Virus record (IMG/VR): IMGVR_UViG_3300020399_000003
Span: 1-64,000 of that record
Strand: one strand, 5' to 3'
Length of the DNA: 64,000 nucleotides
Origin: a virus
Lineage: Duplodnaviria; Caudoviricetes
Positions within the stretch are counted from its first letter, which is position 1; each line of letters starts with the position of its first letter. The notes under the pieces were generated by a model. It did not search any database, was not told the DNA's origin, and was given only the letters and a program-made list of their open reading frames with translations. Of the stretch, positions 37,313-47,952 are shown piece after piece. The translations under genes were made by a program, and so were the position numbers.

Positions 37313-40042
37313 TTATACGTCGTACGTTGCACCATAAAAATCAAAATCTGGAGTAATAGCAATACTTGCTAATGTCATAGGAACTATACCTATCCCCCCT
37401 GCAATGGTCCATTCAGCATACATAGGTATTCCAGATTGTTTTCTCCATGACATTTGAGTTGCTCCTGCAACACCATATTGATCCATCCCATAGTCTATTT
37501 CAGTTAATTTTTCAATTTCTGTTAGTTTTTTTGCTCGTTCTATATCCCAAGCACTTTTTCGAGCTGATAATTCTTCCAGACCTTCTGCAATTGCTATTGC
37601 TTTCAATGAACTCATACCACTGAATGCTTGCACCGCCAGTCCAGCCCACTGCAGAGGAGTAAACGATGCTGGACTTTTAAAACTTGTCATAGAATTAAAA
37701 TGAATACTTGAAGGAGCATTTGCAGGCATAGGTCCTACAAAATCTGGTGGTGCTTGTCCATATGTAATACTTCCTTCCCAGGACATGAAAGCTACAGTAG
37801 CTAATAGCTGAAGAATCATACCTAATTCAGTATCTCCTGCTACTTCTACAATAATCTGTTGGATAATAGCCATAACTACCCATTTAAAGGCGTAAACAGC
37901 TAATTTACTTAATACTATTTGAGCCGCAGCTAGTAATCCAGAAGTAGCCGCAGCTCCTGCAACAGTTGCTAACCATGCCTTTAAAGCAGTAGGATCAAAT
38001 GTGGTAATAGTATAATAAATAATAACTACAAGAAGAATAAGCATTACGAGAGCTGTAAGAAAATCCATACCTGCATGATGGATAACTTCATAATGAGCTA
38101 CATAAATGGATAGATGAGCTCCAGCTAAAAATAATTGAGCCTGATCTGTATTCGATAGACCTTTTACAAATGTATATACAAAAGGGACCATTAAATCTTC
38201 TTTGGCTCCAAGATTGAATTTAACGGTTTTAAATACACCTGTATCACCATCAATAACACGCATAGCTCCAATAGGAGCAGCAACCGTATATGCAGCTAAT
38301 CCACTAGGTTTGATTTTGTAGTAAGTAATTGATTGTCCAGACGTTGTTTCTTCTGAGGCTTGTTGAACTAATTTTAATACACCTGATCCATTATTCTCAT
38401 ATACGGCATCAGGAGTTAAATAAATTAATGTAGCTGTACTGCCATCAGATTCCTGTAATACAGGAGTTGGATTGTTATAACTCATTCTTTCAGTTACTTG
38501 GAGCCAATTGGTTGCTTCTGATGTAGTAGTACCAGGATTAGTTACCCCATTACCTGTTAAAAAATCAGCTACTTCTGTTAAATTATCAGCTTTATATCCA
38601 ACGTTATATGTACCTTTGCCAGATGAACTATAGTAAGGCGTAGCTAAAATATTATTAGCATCAAATTTTGACATATCCGAATAATAGATTCCATTCTCTG
38701 TACTTCCACTATTAGCATTAATATCTACTAATGAGGTAAATGCGTAACTAATATAGTTCCACTGAAATGCATCCTCTTTATCTTCAGTACGAGTTAAAAT
38801 ATTATTAGTTGGAGGGACTTCACCCGGTTGTGTATTGTTATATATCCCTTGAGTTGAACCTTGGGCAGGGTATAAGTTTTCAAACATTCTAAATAAATAA
38901 GACATACCTGCTTGAGAGGTATCCCACATTCTTACCCCAAAATTTACATATACATTATCTATATCCCCTGGAGCTAAACCAGCATCAGCCATTACACCAG
39001 TTATAATTTCATCTGGATCTAAATGAATAATTCCTAATAAATCTTCTATTGCTGCTTGTTTAGTAGCCCCAAAGGTTGTGTAATTTGAATTACTAATCCT
39101 TAAAGGTATAGCAGGCATTGCTTGTATTACGCTGTTATCAATATTAATAGGTTCTTCTACTGTATCTAAATCAACATAGGTTCCCTCTCCAACTTTATAA
39201 ACAAATAAATATGTTCTACCTGGGTCTACATTTCGAAAATATTCAGCTACATAATGTAGTTCTGTAGGTCTAGATGGCGCATTATATGGGAGAGTTATTG
39301 TTACACCAGCTGCATTGTATGCTTCAATCGTATAATCATCTGTAGGTACGTTATATACAATAGTGCTTAAATTAATTAGCCATCTCGTATCAGCTAATAC
39401 ATCATCTGAGGGAGCTACTGCACTTGTTATATCTAGTTGGATATTGCCCGGGCTAAGAGTAACATTATGTGTATCTGCAGCAGGCGTAAATGGACCAGTA
39501 GTAACTTCACGATATTCTGTGCCTAGTAGATTAGCACCTACATCATAGCCTTTGTTTTCTTGCAACCAGTACTTAACCCAATCCTGTTTAGTAAGAGCTC
39601 TAAGAGCTGATACTCCGGGTGTACACGGAACTCCATTAAGAGTTTGTAGTGCGGCTGTTAATTCATCATAATCAACAATTACAATATATGAATCAAGTTC
39701 AGGAAACCCTTCAAAATAGTTTCCATTTTCAATAAAAGCCATAAACTCTTTAATATTCCCTTTCATACTACGGAATACTAAATTGTAAATTAAAGAAGTA
39801 GATAGATCTTTATTTTGGAGGATTGCTTGTAGTAATGCTTGTGTGGTGGGATTTTTGCGATCTACATCTTCAAAAAGGGGGTAATTACGAACTTCAAAGT
39901 ACTCAACAATTTGGGTACTTCCACCATACCCAAGAAGTACCATAATTAACTGCACAACCATCTCAACTATTTGTACAACTGCTTCTACTATATAAACAAT
40001 AACATCTACAATTGCTGAGATTACACTAGCGATAAAACCCAT
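37313..40042 (-). CDS. structural protein with C-terminal hydrophobic helices (N4 gp53-like)
   Basis: 909 aa, hydrophobic stretch near aa 660-760; synteny. Confidence 0.7.
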   Translation of the reverse strand: MGFIASVISAIVDVIVYIVEAVVQIVEMVVQLIMVLLGYGGSTQIVEYFEVRNYPLFEDVDRKNPTTQALLQAILQNKDLSTSLIYNLVFRSMKGNIKEFMAFIENGNYFEGFPELDSYIVIVDYDELTAALQTLNGVPCTPGVSALRALTKQDWVKYWLQENKGYDVGANLLGTEYREVTTGPFTPAADTHNVTLSPGNIQLDITSAVAPSDDVLADTRWLINLSTIVYNVPTDDYTIEAYNAAGVTITLPYNAPSRPTELHYVAEYFRNVDPGRTYLFVYKVGEGTYVDLDTVEEPINIDNSVIQAMPAIPLRISNSNYTTFGATKQAAIEDLLGIIHLDPDEIITGVMADAGLAPGDIDNVYVNFGVRMWDTSQAGMSYLFRMFENLYPAQGSTQGIYNNTQPGEVPPTNNILTRTEDKEDAFQWNYISYAFTSLVDINANSGSTENGIYYSDMSKFDANNILATPYYSSSGKGTYNVGYKADNLTEVADFLTGNGVTNPGTTTSEATNWLQVTERMSYNNPTPVLQESDGSTATLIYLTPDAVYENNGSGVLKLVQQASEETTSGQSITYYKIKPSGLAAYTVAAPIGAMRVIDGDTGVFKTVKFNLGAKEDLMVPFVYTFVKGLSNTDQAQLFLAGAHLSIYVAHYEVIHHAGMDFLTALVMLILLVVIIYYTITTFDPTALKAWLATVAGAAATSGLLAAAQIVLSKLAVYAFKWVVMAIIQQIIVEVAGDTELGMILQLLATVAFMSWEGSITYGQAPPDFVGPMPANAPSSIHFNSMTSFKSPASFTPLQWAGLAVQAFSGMSSLKAIAIAEGLEELSARKSAWDIERAKKLTEIEKLTEIDYGMDQYGVAGATQMSWRKQSGIPMYAEWTIAGGIGIVPMTLASIAITPDFDFYGATYDV

Positions 40043-40045
40043 TGC

Positions 40046-40570
40046 TTACCCCGTAGGTTCAGCGTTTGTGATTTGGGTATTTATATTTCCTGTTCCAGTA
40101 ACATTAAGAGCTGTTACACCAGTAGAAGCAACTCCAGCTGTAGATATATTAACCGCCCATGCATCTAATAATGTTTTAAGATATTTTTGATCTGCATTCC
40201 ATTTAAAACCTTTAGCTTGTTCACTAGACAAGTTATTTGCTCTCCCTGCCACAGAAGTAGTTGTAGGAGCTACTTTAGTAGATTGTTCAGTTTGAGCAAA
40301 TTCAGTAACTTCTTTTTGGAACAATAGAGCTTCTTCTGCATTGCCTTTCTGCATGCCTACTGTATAAGCTACAGCTTGTTGAACAGCTGCTTGCATAGCT
40401 GTTAAATATACTGTTGCATAATCACTGCCAGTAATACGGCCTAAATTAAATTGGGCAGCCATATGTGCATTGACGGTTTCCATTAAGTCATCGAATACAC
40501 CTGTACCTGTTACTACATTACTAGCATCGGTAGTTACACCGGCAGTTAGATCAGCAATAGTAATAGCCAT
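40046..40570 (-). CDS. structural protein (N4 gp54-like)
   Basis: GTGVFDDLM..V..H...QF..GRITG.DYA.VY motif typical of N4-like virion protein. Confidence 0.75.
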   Translation of the reverse strand: MAITIADLTAGVTTDASNVVTGTGVFDDLMETVNAHMAAQFNLGRITGSDYATVYLTAMQAAVQQAVAYTVGMQKGNAEEALLFQKEVTEFAQTEQSTKVAPTTTSVAGRANNLSSEQAKGFKWNADQKYLKTLLDAWAVNISTAGVASTGVTALNVTGTGNINTQITNAEPTG

Positions 40571-40573
40571 TAG

Positions 40574-41191
40574 TTAACTCCCTTGATGAAATGCAGGATT
40601 TGCTGCTTGAGATGCAGCCAATCTTTCTAACTCTTCTTTAGTTAGTGGATCTAATATTCGAACATTAAATTTCTTAGTAATATATGGCTCTAATTGTTTT
40701 TCACCATTAGGCATAGTTACTGTTTTAAATTTTTGCATTTCAGCATATTCAATTTGATTCAGGATAACTTGCGGAACATGCCATCCTTCTTCGTTGTTAA
40801 AAGGAACATACTTTTTAATCATTTTCCCGCCATTAAGACCTGAAGCACCTACAGTAAATATGAGACCGGGATAACTACTCATTAGCGGGTCATTAGGCGT
40901 AACAACAATACGCACAAGTTTCATAGCTTCTTTCTCACCCGTTTTTGTTAATGCTTTTGCAGCAGCTGCTTTAGCGGCTTCACTAGCATCTGGCAGCCCA
41001 CCCTCATAAGGTCTATCATCTACAGCAACTGGAATATCTTGCACCATTACTTCTGGGTTTTCCCGAGCAGTATATAACAGTTCAGCTAATTTAGATGACC
41101 CTGTCTTATGATGGAATTTAATTCCATATTCTTTTAATTCCTGTTTAATTTCTTCATCAGTAAGCTCACTGATAGGTGTTTCAACTTGCAT
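40574..41191 (-). CDS. N4 gp55-like protein
   Basis: LKEYGIKFHHK N-terminus, KLVRIVVTPNDP, KKYVPF..GWHVP. Confidence 0.75.
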   Translation of the reverse strand: MQVETPISELTDEEIKQELKEYGIKFHHKTGSSKLAELLYTARENPEVMVQDIPVAVDDRPYEGGLPDASEAAKAAAAKALTKTGEKEAMKLVRIVVTPNDPLMSSYPGLIFTVGASGLNGGKMIKKYVPFNNEEGWHVPQVILNQIEYAEMQKFKTVTMPNGEKQLEPYITKKFNVRILDPLTKEELERLAASQAANPAFHQGS

Positions 41192-41212
41192 ACATCTTCT
41201 CCTTAGTTAAAC

Positions 41213-41244
41213 GTCCCCCCGAGGGCTAACGCCCTCGAGGTGAC
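41213..41244 (-). terminator. GC-rich hairpin downstream of major capsid gene
   Basis: GTC..CCCGAGGGC/GCCCTCGAGG.GAC stem; U-tract weak. Confidence 0.55.
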
Positions 41245-41256
41245 ATCTATTTATGA

Positions 41257-42567
41257 TTATACAGCTGCCAAAGCAGTCCAGATAATTCCTAGACGTTCTG
41301 GGCGAAGCGCCATAAATCCATAGTACCATTTGATAGAGTAGAACCCTACTTCACCATATGGATCATCCAAAGAAGCTATTTCTTTACCAGGCTTCTTATG
41401 GTTGATGCTGAATTTAACGCTTTTTCCATCTGTCTGGAAACCGATAGTAGTGAAAGCACCATCACCAACAACTAACATTGGGTAGATGTCTGCACCATTA
41501 TCTCCGGTACCTGCAGTATCAGCGGCAGATGCACCACCGTTTTCGGTGAATTGCATTTCTGGTACTACAACAATTCGGAACTGATCTACTGTTCCAATTT
41601 CACCATTCATAACATTACCAGCGTCTGCATATTTTTCAACAGAAACAAATGCAGGTGCACTATGTAAGTCAGTCATAGCTCTTAGAAGAGGAATCAATTC
41701 TGAACCAACATACATGATACGTCCACCATTAACGGTTTTAGTATCAACCATTCGTGAACCAGCAATAACTTTCGTTTGCTTAGGAGTTTTATTATCATCC
41801 AAAGCAATAGAAAGATTCATGAGGTCCGTATAGGTAACAACTTCATCAACATCCAATTTACTACCTGTCGTTACGGCAGCAGCAGCTGAACAATAATAAG
41901 CTGTACCATTAGCAGTTGCATTGGTAATAAGATCTGCCTGAAGCTCTGCTTCAGTCAACTCATTAGCACCAACGAGAGCTTCCTCAGTAATATGAGACAA
42001 CAATTCTGAATCAGAATCGAAATCCATAGATTCCTGAGTGTACTCTGTAAAGAAACCACGTTTTAGCAATTCGCCTTCAATTTGCGTACGTGTGAAACCA
42101 ACTCTGTTAACTCGACCACCGTGCTCACGGAGAGTCGGGATTTTAGATTTAATTGTACCGGTATCTTTAGAAGAACCGTACAAGTTTTGATCATTCAATC
42201 CAACTTCACCACCAGCACCAGCTGCGGTTACCGCATCTGCTCTGTTAGCTTCGTCAGAAGATTGAAGAACACCAGAAGAATTCCATGCAGACCAAGTGCC
42301 AGCTGTAAGAGCTGTACCTGCTGCATTGAGTCCCTGATCACCAGTATTCAATACATCAAGCAATGGAACATATACATCTTGCTTGATTTTCTTACCCATA
42401 TGCTTCGGCATTGCACGAACATCTGCCAAAGGCATAAAGTACATACGGTCTCGAACACTGATAAGCGCTTTCTTAAAATAATAATCAGTTCTTGCTTGTG
42501 CGCCTATGTCCGATGCAGACCCACTAGCAGTACTAGATGGGGAATTATATGCATTTTCATTAGCCAT
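41257..42567 (-). CDS. major capsid protein (N4 gp56-like)
   Basis: MPKHMGKKIK..Y.PLLD, GRVNRVGF, DDPYGEVGFYSIKWYYG...RPER. Confidence 0.93.
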   Translation of the reverse strand: MANENAYNSPSSTASGSASDIGAQARTDYYFKKALISVRDRMYFMPLADVRAMPKHMGKKIKQDVYVPLLDVLNTGDQGLNAAGTALTAGTWSAWNSSGVLQSSDEANRADAVTAAGAGGEVGLNDQNLYGSSKDTGTIKSKIPTLREHGGRVNRVGFTRTQIEGELLKRGFFTEYTQESMDFDSDSELLSHITEEALVGANELTEAELQADLITNATANGTAYYCSAAAAVTTGSKLDVDEVVTYTDLMNLSIALDDNKTPKQTKVIAGSRMVDTKTVNGGRIMYVGSELIPLLRAMTDLHSAPAFVSVEKYADAGNVMNGEIGTVDQFRIVVVPEMQFTENGGASAADTAGTGDNGADIYPMLVVGDGAFTTIGFQTDGKSVKFSINHKKPGKEIASLDDPYGEVGFYSIKWYYGFMALRPERLGIIWTALAAV

Positions 42568-42594
42568 AATATTTACTCAAGTTAATAGTGATAA

Positions 42595-43743
42595 TTACGG
42601 TGTAGCATATTTCTTCATAAACTCGTCATCTGATAGACCTAAAAAGTCATCAGTAGCAGGGCCTTTCTTAGAAGAAACTTGCTTCACTGGCGCTGCTGCT
42701 TTTCGTTTTTTATTACGATCAGCATTAGCTTCTTGTTGTGGTACAGATTCATTTGATACATTAGAAGCTTTACTACCATTATCACTAGACATAACGAGCT
42801 TATTGTTTTTATACATGTCTTCAGCTGTTAATCGATACGCTTCTACATCAGGAGTATTTTTAAATTTACCTAAAACTTTCCCTTGTTGCATTTGCGCATG
42901 AACTTGGTCAAAAACACCGGTAAGCATATGTTCATTAACTATAGAAATAATTTCAGGTTGATCAGAAATAGTAGTTCTACTTTCTGAATCCCATTCTTTA
43001 GTTAGAACATCGATAGTCCGAGTAAATGTTTCCGTTTCTTTAATTTCATCAAGAATACGGTCCAAATTATATTCTTTATCTGTAATAGAATAATTATTTG
43101 GTTGGTAGTTTACTGCAGCTTCATTGTCAATCTCTAAAGGATCTACATTACTTTCTTGAATTAGCTTAGTAATTGCTTGAGGGTCTTTTTTAGATAGATC
43201 AATTAAATTATTTAATTTTGCTTCATCTAATAGCTCATTATTTTCTAACATCTTAATAAGCTTTAAATTCGGCTTTAATTGAGACATCTTCTTCTGATAA
43301 TTAGCACCCATTTGCATTAAACGGATAACATCATCAGGAGATTCAACCTTCATTTCAACACCATTGGCTTTGAAAGGTGCAGTAACCTTTTTGAAAGCAC
43401 TTTCGTAATCAAACTCTGTAGTATCTGGAGTATCCTCTTTGGTGTCAGTCGAGTCTGATTTACTAGTATCAAGAGATTCTGTCGTATCACTACCAGCAAA
43501 AGGTTCAGGCTCCTTCGGAGTATCCTCCGTAGGTTGGCTTACTTCTTCTGTTACAGTTTCAACTTCAGTTTGCTCCTGTGCTTCACTACCCTCTGGCGAG
43601 GGTTCTTCAACAGCATCAGTTTGATCTGATGCAGTAGTTTCTTCTTCAACTGCTGTTTCTTCAGCAGTTTCTTCAGCTAAAAAATCATTAGGATCTTTAG
43701 CTAGGAATTCTTCGTCAGTTAAGTCTAATGCGGTATCTGTCAT
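42595..43743 (-). CDS. scaffold / 'tape-measure' protein (N4 gp57-like)
   Basis: Acidic N-terminus, FKANG, RLMQMGANY..KM..LKP. Confidence 0.8.
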   Translation of the reverse strand: MTDTALDLTDEEFLAKDPNDFLAEETAEETAVEEETTASDQTDAVEEPSPEGSEAQEQTEVETVTEEVSQPTEDTPKEPEPFAGSDTTESLDTSKSDSTDTKEDTPDTTEFDYESAFKKVTAPFKANGVEMKVESPDDVIRLMQMGANYQKKMSQLKPNLKLIKMLENNELLDEAKLNNLIDLSKKDPQAITKLIQESNVDPLEIDNEAAVNYQPNNYSITDKEYNLDRILDEIKETETFTRTIDVLTKEWDSESRTTISDQPEIISIVNEHMLTGVFDQVHAQMQQGKVLGKFKNTPDVEAYRLTAEDMYKNNKLVMSSDNGSKASNVSNESVPQQEANADRNKKRKAAAPVKQVSSKKGPATDDFLGLSDDEFMKKYATP

Positions 43744-44075
43744 TTATTTAATCCTTCCGCTAATATTTCTTCACGAGTTTGTTCGTGTTCTCCAATAGCT
43801 TGATCCATTTCAGTTCCACGTCTCATTACTGATTCAAGAAAATTAGCTAAAGCTCCAATACCATATTGCATGTTATCAATAAGTTTCATCTGATCATCGT
43901 TTAAATTAGAACTTTTTGCCATAACTAATCTAGCTGCTTCTTCTTTAAAGTACCCTTCTTCAATAACTTCTTTAAAGTATTTACTATCCATTAATTTAAC
44001 ACAATGATCTCGGAGTTCACGCATGCGTTGTGCAGCTGTAATTTGTATTTCAACTTGTTCTAATTCTGTGCTCAT
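43740..44075 (-). CDS. N4 gp58-like protein
   Basis: FKEVIEEGYFKEEAARLV; lies between portal and scaffold. Confidence 0.75.
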   Translation of the reverse strand: MSTELEQVEIQITAAQRMRELRDHCVKLMDSKYFKEVIEEGYFKEEAARLVMAKSSNLNDDQMKLIDNMQYGIGALANFLESVMRRGTEMDQAIGEHEQTREEILAEGLNK

Positions 44076-44125
44076 TAGTACCTACCTTATGATTTAGTTA
44101 ATATAAACAACCTCTTAATGTCTAT

Positions 44126-46228
44126 TTAACGATCAATTCCGGCATTGTCAACATTTATTTCAGCATCAAGCTGTCTATTATCTAAATTAGCTTGTCTATC
44201 AAACTCTTTACTTTCTAAATTTTGAGCATGTTTTTTATCTTCAGTTGCTGCTTCTCTTGTATCTTTACTGCCAGATTCTTTATCCACAAAATCAAGATCA
44301 GTAAGATCTGCTCCACTTTCCAGACTTCTTGCTTTAGCTTGCTCTGTCGCAGTCTTAGCAGTTTTAAGTTGAACATCAACAGCATTTTCTTGACCTTTAG
44401 CAGTTTCATTTTGAACTTGTGCTTCTAGCAATGCTAATTCAAGTTGAGCTTTCTGCTGGGCCATTGGATCAGGTTGTGGTTGGTATTCTTCAATACGTTT
44501 AGCTAAATCAGGCATTTTACGCAATTTAGCTATGTCCGCTAAAATCATTTGACTCATTTCAGGAGGCATAGTATTACCCATAGTTTGTAACATAAATGCT
44601 AATTCACTTCCTTTTTGTTCGTCAGCTTCAGCAGTAGAAATATTAAGTCTAATATCATATTTACCGCCTAAATCATTTCTATTAATAGCTACAAATTCTT
44701 CATTAGTAATTCTAATAATTTCTTCATCATCAAGAAATTCAGCATTCATAGAAATAACTTTACGCCCAATTTGATTTAATCCATTCGACAGTCTACGAAG
44801 AATTCCTAATTCTCTTTTAGATGTAGCATCAAGTGCTGATCTAATACCAGTAGCTGTAGTACCTAGCGCCTGTCCAGATATTCCCTGGGTAAATGCTTTA
44901 ACTCCTGTTAATGCTTCAGCATCATTGTTCTGCATATTAAGTACTTCTAATGCGGACCGAGGTATTTCTGGGTAAACTTCCATATGAAATGCTTGACGAG
45001 GATCTACGTTAGCATTAAATTTATAATCATCTCCACGTTCAAATTTACGTGCGTTAGTAACATCTAAAGCATCTTTACGAATACCTTGTTGCCCGCTAGC
45101 ACTGCGTCCAATAATGTCAATGATTCCTCGAGTAACAGCACCTACTATTTTTTGATTATCTTCAATAAGAGCTGCGTCTGGTTCTCCATAAATATTTTTA
45201 CGTCTAGGTAAGTATTGAACTAATACAAATGGAATTTTTTTATCAGGAAATGGATTCTCTTCCATTCTGATAATTGTGTCTCCTATCCAGGTAGCTACAA
45301 ATGGTTTAACTTCACCAGTATCATCTATATCCCAATACCCCCAGTATTCTCTGGCGATAACTTTCTTACGTGCCTTATCTTTAAACGTAAAAGAAGTATC
45401 GTCACTATTAACTTCATGATCTGGTTCAGCTAATACAGAGGCACTTTCAAAATTAATATCATCTAGATTTTTATATCGCCCATCTTTCTTAAGTTCAGAT
45501 AGTGATGTTTCAAAACTATAAATTGCAAAGTTAGCGTTTTCTAGATCGCCATCACAAGTTGGATCTACAATTATATTGTTATAATCACAAACTGTTAATA
45601 CCGGTTGATTTTTAATAGTAACTGTTTTAATTTTTGATTTCTGTCCAACCTTTTGTTCTTGCATTACTGGTTGACCAGTTTGAGGGTCCATAGCAGGTTG
45701 TCCTGTTTGTGGATCAAGGACCATTTGCATTTCCATTACATCTTCGTAGACTTTACGTTTGCCTTCTTCAAACTCCCATCCAACACGTACTACAACAGTT
45801 CCTTCATCAACAGCTGTTCTAATATATTCATCAACAAATACAACTTTATCCATACGACAGTTAAGTTGATAATTTAAAAGCATACCATTTTGTACAGCAT
45901 AAGGTTTATCTTCAAATGTTTGGGGGGAAGTATTAAACAGATCATCAGTAGAAAGGAAAGGTTCAGATAGAGCAGCATAACGCCATTCCGCTTGTTTACG
46001 AACTAATTTTGGTACTAATTTAGAACGTCCACGTTTAGCATTAATAGTCTGTTCACCATTTAATACACGAAGCCAGGTATCAACTTCTTGAGTATGCACA
46101 TCATGGGCTACCTTAGCTGATTCATAATCTTGTTTAAGATCAGCTAAAGTTGGTGGGTTTTCCCAATCAACTAGATCATTAGCATCAACTGCAGTTGTTT
46201 TGTCTTCATCTAAGTTTGATTCAGCCAT
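44126..46228 (-). CDS. portal protein (N4 gp59-like)
   Basis: PKLVRKQAEWRY..LSEPFL, EYWGYWDI, ALG.TATG. Confidence 0.93.
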   Translation of the reverse strand: MAESNLDEDKTTAVDANDLVDWENPPTLADLKQDYESAKVAHDVHTQEVDTWLRVLNGEQTINAKRGRSKLVPKLVRKQAEWRYAALSEPFLSTDDLFNTSPQTFEDKPYAVQNGMLLNYQLNCRMDKVVFVDEYIRTAVDEGTVVVRVGWEFEEGKRKVYEDVMEMQMVLDPQTGQPAMDPQTGQPVMQEQKVGQKSKIKTVTIKNQPVLTVCDYNNIIVDPTCDGDLENANFAIYSFETSLSELKKDGRYKNLDDINFESASVLAEPDHEVNSDDTSFTFKDKARKKVIAREYWGYWDIDDTGEVKPFVATWIGDTIIRMEENPFPDKKIPFVLVQYLPRRKNIYGEPDAALIEDNQKIVGAVTRGIIDIIGRSASGQQGIRKDALDVTNARKFERGDDYKFNANVDPRQAFHMEVYPEIPRSALEVLNMQNNDAEALTGVKAFTQGISGQALGTTATGIRSALDATSKRELGILRRLSNGLNQIGRKVISMNAEFLDDEEIIRITNEEFVAINRNDLGGKYDIRLNISTAEADEQKGSELAFMLQTMGNTMPPEMSQMILADIAKLRKMPDLAKRIEEYQPQPDPMAQQKAQLELALLEAQVQNETAKGQENAVDVQLKTAKTATEQAKARSLESGADLTDLDFVDKESGSKDTREAATEDKKHAQNLESKEFDRQANLDNRQLDAEINVDNAGIDR

Positions 46229-46231
46229 TAT

Positions 46232-46570
46232 CTATGTCCCTGCTTCTTCTAAATGTTTTTCATATTGACTGTATTTGCTTTTAAGATAGTTATCTACCTT
46301 ATAAAACTTAAGCCCATCTATCGTATCATAATACGTTAAGTAATTGTCAAACATAGAATGTTCACCTTCTAATTGAATAGAACAATAAATATCATCTGCT
46401 TGTACAATTTCCGATACAAAATACGTCCAAACTTTTGCAAAATCTAATCTAGCTTCAACACTATCTACTATAATAAGCCCAGCTATCATATAACCATTCA
46501 TCGGCTTATTAAAGTTATAAAATAAAACTGCTTCCCCTTCTTGTATTAAACTAGCGTGTGCAAATATCAT
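46232..46570 (-). CDS. hypothetical protein
   Basis: ORF track; overlaps stop of ACP-like gene. Confidence 0.6.
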   Translation of the reverse strand: MIFAHASLIQEGEAVLFYNFNKPMNGYMIAGLIIVDSVEARLDFAKVWTYFVSEIVQADDIYCSIQLEGEHSMFDNYLTYYDTIDGLKFYKVDNYLKSKYSQYEKHLEEAGT

Positions 46571-46953
46571 GAATTAGTGCCCCCAAAATAATTACCTTTA
46601 TAGTTTCCTTTATTTATTGTTGCATCAACTTCTGCGTATGAATATGTTTTTGTTGCTTCTAATGTAACAAATTTTTTAATAGCACGAATTGTAAAATCTC
46701 GTTTACTAACAAAATCTCTCATAATTTTCTCAGGAATACCAAATAAATGAACTATCCAAATAAAAAATACCGTCATACTTAAACTATCTAATTCATCTAA
46801 ATTTAATTTATCATTAATAGAATTAAGGGGAGTATATTCATCTTCGTCTAGATCTATACGACATAATGAATTAATGACTTTTAAGAATTCTGCATCTGTA
46901 AAATTAAATGATGCCATAGTGTTGAATAGTTTAGCATTAGCGTGTATAGTCAC
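46567..46953 (-). CDS. acyl-carrier-protein-like protein
   Basis: LNLDELDSLSMTVFFIWIVHLFGI resembles ACP lg.DSL...e....FgI; then FTIRAIKKFV. Confidence 0.6.
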   Translation of the reverse strand: MTIHANAKLFNTMASFNFTDAEFLKVINSLCRIDLDEDEYTPLNSINDKLNLDELDSLSMTVFFIWIVHLFGIPEKIMRDFVSKRDFTIRAIKKFVTLEATKTYSYAEVDATINKGNYKGNYFGGTNS

Positions 46954-46980
46954 GCAACCTATTCTAATGGAGGATACATT

Positions 46981-47256
46981 ATGGTAAAAGTAGAATTAAC
47001 AGATAAATTAGCAAAACAATTAAAAATAGGAAAAAGTAAAGCCCATAAAATAGTTAATGCCGTTTTAGAAGAAATTAAACAAGGAATAATAACGGACGGT
47101 ATAGTAACACTACGCGGCTTTGGATCTTTCCGGGCCCGTATGAAAGTAAAACGTTTAGGACGTAATCCTAAAACAGGAGAATCAGCAGTTATTACAGCGA
47201 GACGAGTTCCTTCTTTTAAAGCATCAAAACTACTAAAAAATAGAGTTAACGGATAA
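46981..47256 (+). CDS. HU/IHF family DNA-binding protein
   Basis: VTLRGFGSF, GRNPKTGE, RVPSFKASKLLK; GGAGGA before ATG 46981. Confidence 0.93.
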   Translation: MVKVELTDKLAKQLKIGKSKAHKIVNAVLEEIKQGIITDGIVTLRGFGSFRARMKVKRLGRNPKTGESAVITARRVPSFKASKLLKNRVNG

Positions 47257-47260
47257 ATTT

Positions 47261-47587
47261 ATGGTTTTCAGGGTTAAAGTCTTTAAGCCAGATAAAGACG
47301 GTAATCTAGTACTAGAACAAGTACTACCAGTAGAAGATGTTTCTAGGATACATTGGACTAAATTTAATAGAGATAATAAATATCAAGTTGATTTTAAAGG
47401 AGATACTACACTTACATATCATAGACTTGGAGCTGATCCAAAACAATGTGCGGAAGAAGGTTGTACTGAAATGGTTGATGATCCTAGAACATTAACTTGC
47501 TCAAAGAAGTGTAAACTCAATAGGTTACGCAGAAAAAATAAAGAAGCTAGAGCACGACAACGAGCTAGACAACTTAAAAAGGAGTAG
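47261..47587 (+). CDS. hypothetical protein with CxxxxC...CxxxC zinc finger and basic tail
   Basis: CAEEGC...TCSKKC. Confidence 0.6.
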   Translation: MVFRVKVFKPDKDGNLVLEQVLPVEDVSRIHWTKFNRDNKYQVDFKGDTTLTYHRLGADPKQCAEEGCTEMVDDPRTLTCSKKCKLNRLRRKNKEARARQRARQLKKE

Positions 47588-47589
47588 TC

Positions 47590-47952
47590 ATGGGCGATTT
47601 AACTGCTAATTTTGATCGATCAGAGTATGCTTGTAAATGTGGATGCGGTAGAGATGATATTAAGCAGGAATTAGCTGAAAAGGTCCAACTAGTAAGAGAT
47701 AAATTAAAACGCGGTATTCGGATTAATAGTGGGGTTAGATGCGAAAGACACAATGGTAATATAGGAGCCAGTGCTTCTAGCTCTCATGTAGGTGGCTGGG
47801 CGGCAGATTTAGGCTATCAAGGCTCTAGACAACGGTTTGAACTTATTACTGTATGTGCGCAAGTATTTGATAGAATAGGGATTGCAAAGAATTTTATACA
47901 TGTAGATGTAGATGCTAATAAGACTGCTGGTGTAATTTGGATGTATTCTTAA
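47590..47952 (+). CDS. peptidase M15A family Zn peptidase (putative endolysin)
   Basis: NF...EYACKCGCG, SG.RC..HN..IGAS..SSH..G.AAD, FIHVD. Confidence 0.9.
   Translation: MGDLTANFDRSEYACKCGCGRDDIKQELAEKVQLVRDKLKRGIRINSGVRCERHNGNIGASASSSHVGGWAADLGYQGSRQRFELITVCAQVFDRIGIAKNFIHVDVDANKTAGVIWMYS

Noticed and set aside
43570-43605. Possible self-target of tract A (reverse-complement gapped pattern)
   Set aside because: The match fails after the second dinucleotide. No self-target was found by eye, but the search was not exhaustive.
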